Shown in pieces: positions 50,136 to 58,167 of a stretch of 58,167 bases of DNA (position 1 is the stretch's first letter; every line of letters begins with the position of its first letter). This stretch comes from Ancylonema sp. (lineage: Eukaryota): NCBI GenBank assembly GCA_050230475.1, contig JBFLGF010000025.1:62001-120167 (forward strand), given 5' to 3'. Below the pieces are notes generated by a model that worked only from the letters and a program-made list of their open reading frames with translations, had not been told where the DNA came from and made no database searches. The position numbers were made by a program, and so were the translations under genes.

Positions 50136-53016
50136 GTGAGTCAGAACGGAAAAGCGTTGTACAACTACACTTCGAACAGCAACATGGCTGTTGTGATTTC
50201 GCAGATGATTCGCAGATGATTCCGCAGTGATTCTGACCACTTGAGCTGTGTGATGATTTTCAAGGAGGAAGTGATCATGACCTTATCATTGAATGGTTAG
50301 CAGCTCGGGTTAGTTGCTTCAATCGAATTCGACCACGCGTCCTAGTGTCTGTGACAGAATCTGATTCTCGAATCCCCTCCGTCCCTTGTTCCTTCTTTTC
50401 TCCAGCTGAAGAAAGACGTGGCTCCGAAAACTGCCGAGAACTTTCTGCAGCTCTGCCTGGCTGACGTTGGCGAAGGGTACAAGGGGTCCAGATTCCATCG
50501 CATCATCCCTGGATTTATGGCACAAGGTCTGCATTACCTTCCATATAACGCGGGAATATATCTTCCATAATCGTTATAATGAACGAATGAATAGGGACAA
50601 CCAGTGGTATGACAGATTTTCCGTTGAATTAGGGGAATACGTGGCCCACTTAGTTGTTCAAATTTGACTCTGGTACTTTACGAGCAGTCAAAAAGTTTTT
50701 GCTTCATAATTCCGTTTCAGAGCTGGAGTGTTAGGGTAAGCAGGATCGGAAGACTGTGGAAGGGATTATTATAAGATAACTTGTCTTCTGACTAATAACA
50801 ATTAAATGAGATTGACTTTCATATTTTTTTTCTAATTTTTATTCTGATAATTATCATCATCATTATTATTCATCTAGATACCTGAGATTATGATAATGTT
50901 AATAATCCTTCTTACTCTTAATATTCTTATCCATTTTTATTTATTTATTTTTTGTCATTGAACTATTTATTACAACTTTTGTCAGTATTATAATCATTAT
51001 GATTACTGCTATTTTCATTATTTTGTCAGCACATAATCATGGTAACACAATTTTCGTCTTATGATCATTATTGCTATCATATCAGAAATGTGATTTCGTC
51101 AAACTCCATTAGATAATCATCTCAAAATGAATGAATAGATCAAAATGAATTCAGTTTCACAAATTTTGTACACAAGCGACATTTGATGGAAAACGCAGGG
51201 CCAAAACAAAGGAAAGAGAGAGAGAAAAGGGGAAAAAAAAAAAAAAACCAGCGAAATAGAGACTTCAGGACGTGCAATCGTAACGGATACGATTCGAATC
51301 CGCCTCGAATCCCTATTTCCGATTCGTTTCCAGGTGGCGACTTCACTAACGACAATGGCACGGGCGGATACTCCGTCTACGGGAAGAAGTTTGAGGATGA
51401 GAACTTTGCGCTCACACACAGGGGGCCAGGTGAGGGAGCAGAAGAGAGGGGGTTATTTACAGGAGAGGGTTATTATAAGAGAGGGGTTGTTACAAGAGAG
51501 GGGTTATTACAGGAGAGGGTATTATGAGAGAGGGGTTGTTACAAGAGAGAGGGTTATTAAAGGAGAGGGAATTATGAGAGAGGGGTTGTTACAAGAGAGG
51601 GGATATAACAGGAGAGGGTTATTATGAGAGAGGGGTTGTTACAAGAGAGGGGTTATTAAGGGAGAGGGCTTATTACAAGAGGATTTTATGTGTTACTAGA
51701 CAGGAGTTGTTAGTACAAGAGAGGGAGTTATGATAAGAGAGGGAGGTACCAGGAGAAAGAGGCATTAGAAGGATGAGGTGCCGGTACACGTATGCACTCA
51801 AACGTTGATATCGAATCTATAGGAGTTGTAATTTGAGGGTGAGGATTGAGGAGGGGGGGAAGTGTTGTTTTGTTCTAGGGCTACAAATGTGAGACTACTC
51901 GTAAATAAGTATGTAGATAATCGTAGATAAATATAATTAGGAGGCTTGTGGTTCTGGTAGGGTAGAGGAAAGCGTGATAGTGGGGAGGGGTCTCTTATTT
52001 TTGTTATGTATGCAATACAGGCAGCCAGGTCTATAGGCAGCCAGGTCGGTTGACTTTATTTTGTGCCTTCGGAGAGTGTGTGCCTTTATAGAGGGTTGAC
52101 TGTGCAGGCATCACCACATTCGTTGATTTACATACTTTATACAGTAGTGTTTCCTAAACATCAATAGATGTATGTATTTTTGTACCTTGTACCTTCATAA
52201 ATGTATATGACACCATTTTTATACCCAATTTCATGTTTATGTTTTTACTTTCACACCCTGCCCATCAACACGAATATGCGTATACTTCTGTACTCTGAAC
52301 ATCAGTACATGTATATGTATATGTATATGTATATGTTATTGTACCCTGAACATTTATACATGTATGAGCATACATTTTTATACCCTGTACATGTATATAT
52401 GAAAATGCATATATATGTTGATAAGCCAATATCAATTCATGTATATTTTTTTTCTCCTGTTCGTACTTTTTAGGCGTTTTGAGTATGGCCAACAGCGGCC
52501 CCAACACCAACGGATCGCAATTCTTCCTGTGTGTAGCGGCGACACCTTGGTGAGGGTTTTTCTTTTTTTTTTTTTTTTTGTTCCCCCCCCCACCCCCTTA
52601 AAGTTCATACACGCCATCGGTGCTCTCCACTTTTTCATCTGTCTCCTTTGTTTTCTGCTTCTCTCTTTCTTTCTTTTCTAGGAAATGAAACGTAACGCAT
52701 CATCAAAACAACGAAATGTATCATCAATTGATCAAAGAACACGTCATGTACAGCTCCGTTCTTTGTTCTAAAAACGTATAATCCGTTGCAATTCTTTGGT
52801 ATTTTTCGCCAGGGTACAGTCCCTTGCAGTTTTATTTTCATTTTTTCAACAGAGTATAATCCCTTCAAGTAACCTATGAAGTAAACTATGTGGCAGGTTG
52901 GATGGGCGCCACGTGGTTTTCGGCCAAGTGGTGGAAGGGTTTGGGGTCGTGAAAGCGATTGAGACTCTGGGGAGCCGGGGAGGGGAAACGAGCCAGGTGG
53001 GGAGGGGGGAAGAAAG

Positions 53017-53048
<32 letters not shown>

Positions 53049-53331
53049 GATGATAGTGGAATGTGGCCTTATGTATGTTCGCCTTGATCCGTTTTATTCT
53101 AGAGGATGAGGATGAGGAAGAAGAGGAAGAAGAAGAAGTAGAGGAATGAAGAAGAAGGAGAAGGGAAAGGGAAAATAGAAAAAGGAGGAGATGAAGAAGA
53201 AGCGAGAGAGAAGAAGAAGAAGAAGAGTAGCAGTGAGAATGATGATAATATCATTGATAGTAACAACAATGATAATAACAATAATGATAATAATAATAAT
53301 AATAATAATAATAATAGTAATAATAATAATA

Positions 53332-53364
<33 letters not shown>

Positions 53365-53948
53365 ATTATTATTATTATTATAATAATAATAATAATAATA
53401 ATAACAATAATAATATCAAGAATATTAATTTTAAAAATAATAATATCAATAGTATCATCAATCATCGTAATAATAAAAATATCAATAATATTGACAATAA
53501 CAACAACAATAATAATAATAATAACAAATATAACAACATAGATAATAATGACGGCTATAATTATAAATATTTCAATACGGGGGTGGTAGGAAGGGGAAGG
53601 GTGCGCATCTCTGCTGTTGGTCTATTCACAGCACAAAAAAAAACAAAAAAAACAAATAAAACAAATAAAAAAAATAAGAAAAATAAAACAAATGCGGCTG
53701 AAAAGGATAGTGCCTACTCACGTGCGAAAACCACAGGTTATATTTATATATCTCGTTCCCCCCCCTTGAGGATTCGTATGAAGGTTTTTTCTTCTCCCTC
53801 TGTGTCGTCGTGCAGGACGTGATGATCGCGGATTGTGGAGTGGTGGCAGCTTCCGGGAAGCTTCCAGAGGAGGGAGGGAACAGACGATCCGGTGAATCCA
53901 ACAGGACTGGAAACAGGAATCACTTGTCCGTGGTGCCTAGGACAGACA

Positions 53949-53982
<34 letters not shown>

Positions 53983-54010
53983 GTTTTTTGTGAGAAAGTT
54001 AGAATCGTGA
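49965..54010 (+). CDS. Cyclophilin-type peptidyl-prolyl cis-trans isomerase
   Basis: Exons 49965-50135, 50406-50526, 51334-51429, 52474-52549, 52897-52996, 53816-(54010) join in frame with GT-AG. Motifs [57 protein letters not shown]. 3' end uncertain. Confidence 0.93.
50406..50526 (+). CDS. Cyclophilin exon 2
   Basis: [33 protein letters not shown]. Confidence 0.93.
51334..51429 (+). CDS. Cyclophilin exon 3
   Basis: [32 protein letters not shown]. Confidence 0.93.
51440..51745. repeat. Imperfect about 18-20 bp minisatellite (GAGAGGGGTT(A/G)TTACA(A/G)) in cyclophilin intron 3
   Basis: Visible repeated units. Confidence 0.85.
52474..52549 (+). CDS. Cyclophilin exon 4
   Basis: [25 protein letters not shown]. 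Confidence 0.93.
52897..52996 (+). CDS. Cyclophilin exon 5
   Basis: [34 protein letters not shown]. Confidence 0.93.
53010..53550. repeat. (GAA)n and (AAT)n/(ATT)n microsatellite cluster in cyclophilin intron 5
   Basis: Directly visible. Confidence 0.92.
53816..54010 (+). CDS. Cyclophilin exon 6 (end uncertain; possible donor near 53892)
   Basis: Acceptor [13 protein letters not shown]; frame runs through poly-T to TGA at 54008. Confidence 0.65.
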
Positions 54011-54492
54011 AGAAGGTTTTCGACAGACTGTCAGGGAATGGGTTGGTGTATGACGGGGATGGCATCCTTGCGATTCTCAACTTATTTTTAATGGAAAAAG
54101 AAAAAAAAAAAACAATGATGATAATGAAAACAAGGTCTGATGCAGGAAGAGGCTCTCGGCCAATGAGAAGCAAGCAGCCTGCGTGGGCGAGCAGCAGCCT
54201 CTCAGGATCTGCCACGTCAGCACAGAAGCTATTTGCGAGCAACCATTTGGCGGCGAGGTTGGTTTGGCACACCTCCCACAGACAAAATAGTGTTCTCTTT
54301 GCCCCCCTCCCCACCCCCCTTTTTCTATATGTAGATCAAAACTGGTGAAAGTGTTTGGACCAAAACGACGGTCCAAACACTCGATAGAGGGATTATCTCG
54401 TAGTAGGGTCTAGTAGATTACTTTTATGCAAAACAAATGGGCAATGTGAAGTCAATATATCGAGTTTCCTCCTCCTTTTTGTTTTTGTATTT

Positions 54493-54718
<226 letters not shown>

Positions 54719-57700
54719 ATTAATTTATAAATTTATATAAATCGTAGTGCAAACTGGTTTCTGGTTGGGGGGGGGGGGGTTAAGCAACTGCAGGTCCGGA
54801 CTGAAAGCGACAAACATGCGCTGCTCGGGTTTCACATTAAGAGGATTGATGAGGGTGAGCACTTTCGTTTTTGGAACTTTCTTAGCTTTTGGAAACACGC
54901 ATGTGCTCGCCGTTTTTTAGGTGTGTTTTTTTTTTTCCCGGGTTTTTTTTTATTGTTCATTGGGTTTTTTTATTTTTTATTTTTTATTTTTTAATTTTTA
55001 TTTTTGAGACATGGTTTAAAAATCGTGGAAGTTATCGTCTTTTCCTTTTTATCATTTACAATCAGTACTTACATTACTTATCATTTTTTAGTTTTCTAAT
55101 CATTACTATAATCAGGTTCATGCCCGTTTTTCTCGTTTTCATATCATATGAGTTGAAATATGTCATTCTGATTGTTGCTCAGAGGAGTAGGAGCAGTGGA
55201 TATGAAGTGTTGCAAAATAAAAAGAAAGAAGGTTTGTACCTTGGACCGGCTTGTGCAGGAGCATCATCAAAAGAGTGTGGCGAATTTTGCTTCTTCTGCC
55301 ATGAAGATTTTGGTTTGATGAGCGGTCAAGAATTGGTCAAGAATTCGTCAAAAAATCGCATCACTAGTGGATTGTTTTCGCACCTTCGCATTTGATTGTT
55401 CATGTGAGACTTTTTTTTTGGTACACTTTTTTTTTCCGGGTTACGTGTTTTCGTGGTGTGGGCCAACGAACTGACTTCCTTTGTCTCGGCCTAAGTTTTG
55501 CTAAGACATATTAAATGTTTTGTCTCGTATTGTATTATTTTGTTTTGTTTTGTTTTGCTTTGTTTTTTTTTTTTTTTTTCGGGTCTTGATCATGGTATCG
55601 TCTAAAAAACTAAGATTTTCACATGTTGGATAGATGAAGTACGTACGAAATTCAAAAACAATAAGTTGTAGCAATCGACACACATCCCAAAGGAAAATTA
55701 AAACCTTGATTTGTTTATGTTGTTTATATTTATGGGTCTTAAACGCCCTCCCTCCATTGCATTCCGCATATCTTCTCAAGGATCCAAGGATTGATGACGA
55801 GTACTTGATCCACATCCGCTCTGCCCCAAACGTTGTTTCTCCACTAACACATCCACATTTTTAAAATATTTAAATTTTTCCCCTTTTCTCCAATAACAAT
55901 CTCAATGTTTTATGCCATTACGTTTCTTCAATGTGACAATTCTACTTACGTAAAACTTTTCTCTTACGCAATGACGAGGTTGTAAAGATGTAAGTCGTTA
56001 AAAAATGGAAAATTGTAATATGAGAAGATTCCAAGATTATGTATTGAGATATTTGGACCCGTAACTACACATAATTACCAAATTTAGGCCAATTCGCAAT
56101 TTCAAATTGTTGAAGTCAATATTTGACGCCGGCAAGACAAGCTTCTATAGAGTTCACACGATCCACACGTGTAAAGTGCGCAAAACATGTGCTCGTAGGT
56201 ACACACCTATGTGAGACTACTGTAATTATTAAGTAACTTGTATTCGAAGACTACAATACCGCGTGTACACGTGTAGTGAACGTGAATCACCGTGATTCGT
56301 GATTAATGAAACATCGAAAATTTGTGGAACTTACACAATGTAAAAGTCCTAGGCCCTCCGTGGACTTCTTCCAGATCCAACACTATATTTACGTTCCGAC
56401 ATTCTATAGCGATGTCAAAACCCATTCAAGAAACTGTATTGTGTCCCTTACATGCGATAATAGTCGATTTTTTACATTTTGAAGCGATGTACAACGTGTT
56501 GCGTCGTTTCGTTGACCCTTCTTCCTTTTGGTTTGGACACAGTCTCGTACTTGGACGTCTCATGTCATGTACGCTCACCATCACAAGCACACACAACCAC
56601 ATTCACACATTCACACACCCACATACACACATACACATAAAGAGTGACTTCTCCATCAACAAACATAAAATGACCAAGCATCAACTTCAGTATTTATTTG
56701 CAACGAGCGGAATCTTAATTTGTCACAAATACCCAATATGACATTCGTCAAAAATTTCTAGTGTATGCAACTCTCATTAATGTTTTATTACAAATGTTTT
56801 ATCACTTTATTAAGGTTTTTTAAAACCTAATTTGCCGATCACTACGAACTCGCTCGAAAATACTTGGGTTGCATATCCATTTGCTTTGGAGTTCCCCCCC
56901 ATCCCCCCCCCTACCTCCCCCCCCGCCAAAAACAAAAAAAAATGTTGTGTGAGGATCCGTCTTGCATTTACATTTGCAAGATCCGGGGTTAAGATTTGGC
57001 GTCTTGTATTGTTCCCAACCCTTGTAAATCTATGACTTTCGTAAACTGCGTCAAATAACGCGTAGTTACCACACTCAAAATGTTGATTAAGTGAGATGCA
57101 AACCTTATGGTACCTTCGACCAACAGTGTGCCTTGACACTGATTGCTGAAGCATATAGGAAATGAGAAACGAGCGTGCTGGACATGTTGGAGTTTTACCG
57201 CAACATTTCCAGACGCGAGTCGCTTATTTCGAAGAAAAGAGATCACTGAAGACTGGACAACAGATTCGCACGCCCGAATATCCTTGAGTTCGCCCCGCGA
57301 TTTCCGCAAGTGGTGACACGCGCTTATCTCTCATTTTGTCGGTCCTTCTCGGGCTCACGCTCGTGATCGCCATCGTGTGGGCTGACAGCTGTCGCCGTCA
57401 ACTCTGGGAGGGCTTAGGACCACTCCAGAGACTCATTTGCACGTGTAACGGGTTCCCAACTTTCTGCCGCCATGATCCGGCCGGTCGGAATTTCAGCTAC
57501 AGCACTGGGCTCATGGATCCCATCAGTACTGCATCCGGGTATGTTCCACGCTCTTCCCCCGCCCCCCCGCCCCTCGCTTCCGGACATGCTCTGTGCTAGA
57601 ATCTTCGTTTTCTGACAATTATGCTCCAGGGTCGATAATTTATTAGCAGTAACTAGCTCTCGTGTTGGAGTCCTTGCATGCTGCCACGTCATCAATTCTG

Positions 57701-58136
57701 CAACCTGAGTACTTCGCCTAGATCCTTCCGTGTGCCGCACCTGAGAGGCGCAACTGTGAGAGTGATGGGCGCAAGTAAATCCTTAGGGTGGCACAATTAG
57801 AGCGTGTTCACATCTGGATCGCCTCCAGAGTTGGAGTAGTCACAAGCTCTCCGCATCTCCACCTGGCAATGCGACGTGTCTATACTACCAGAATAGGGCA
57901 TTCGTCCATGCTACCTGTCCATGTCACCCGTCCATGCCACCTGCCCGTACTTGCGCTGTATGAACGGCTTATAAACTCCCGGGTCAACCAGGGTTAGATT
58001 CTGATCGCAGTTGGGGTCAGTCGAGTGACTCACAATGATGAATTCGTGATGTTGTGCCAATGACCCCGTCCCTGTCTCCAACAAATGTGGACCCTTAATA
58101 TATGTTTCCGCCACTCCCGTGCTACCACGTGTCCAG

Positions 58137-58167
58137 TATAAGCTTTTCAGTGATTAGACGTGCAGGA
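58137..58167 (-). repeat. End of another family B LTR, running off the window
   Basis: TATAAGCTTTT(C/G)AGTGATTAGACGTGC matches 14347-14373. Confidence 0.75.

Noticed and set aside
55780..55810. IDDEY peptide as the missing IMP4 exon 3
   Set aside because: Wrong strand and wrong side of the gene; flanking residues do not match.
57162..57997. Type II membrane protein gene (hydrophobic stretch, splice-like sites at 57539 and 57786)
   Set aside because: In-frame TGA at 57285 and no recognisable domain; cannot be supported from sequence alone.

Overview
Eukaryotic nuclear DNA with GT-AG introns, probably from a streptophyte (charophyte-type) green alga; this assignment is inferred from gene and transposon types. 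Three host genes are recognisable. (1) A 4-exon plastid HAD phosphatase of the PYRP2/At4g11570 type (5939-8888, -) with one in-frame TAG. (2) A 5' fragment of IMP4 (2 exons, 35042-35684, -), also with an in-frame TAG. (3) An apparently intact 6-exon cyclophilin with an N-myristoylation-like start (49965-54010, +). Most of the rest is nested transposons: hAT, PIF/Harbinger, pogo-like and Mutator elements, two decayed Ty1/Copia elements of a half-tRNA-primed type (one family with non-canonical LTR ends), Ty3/Gypsy-like remnants and tandem repeats. The most unusual item is a decayed retroelement-associated ORF with the motif order of a C5 cytosine methyltransferase but with replaced catalytic motifs. 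It is split by a Copia insertion (37181-38205 plus 43480-43788), and a second DNMT-like C-terminal piece lies on the opposite strand (about 45400-45690). All homologies were recognised by eye, not by database search.
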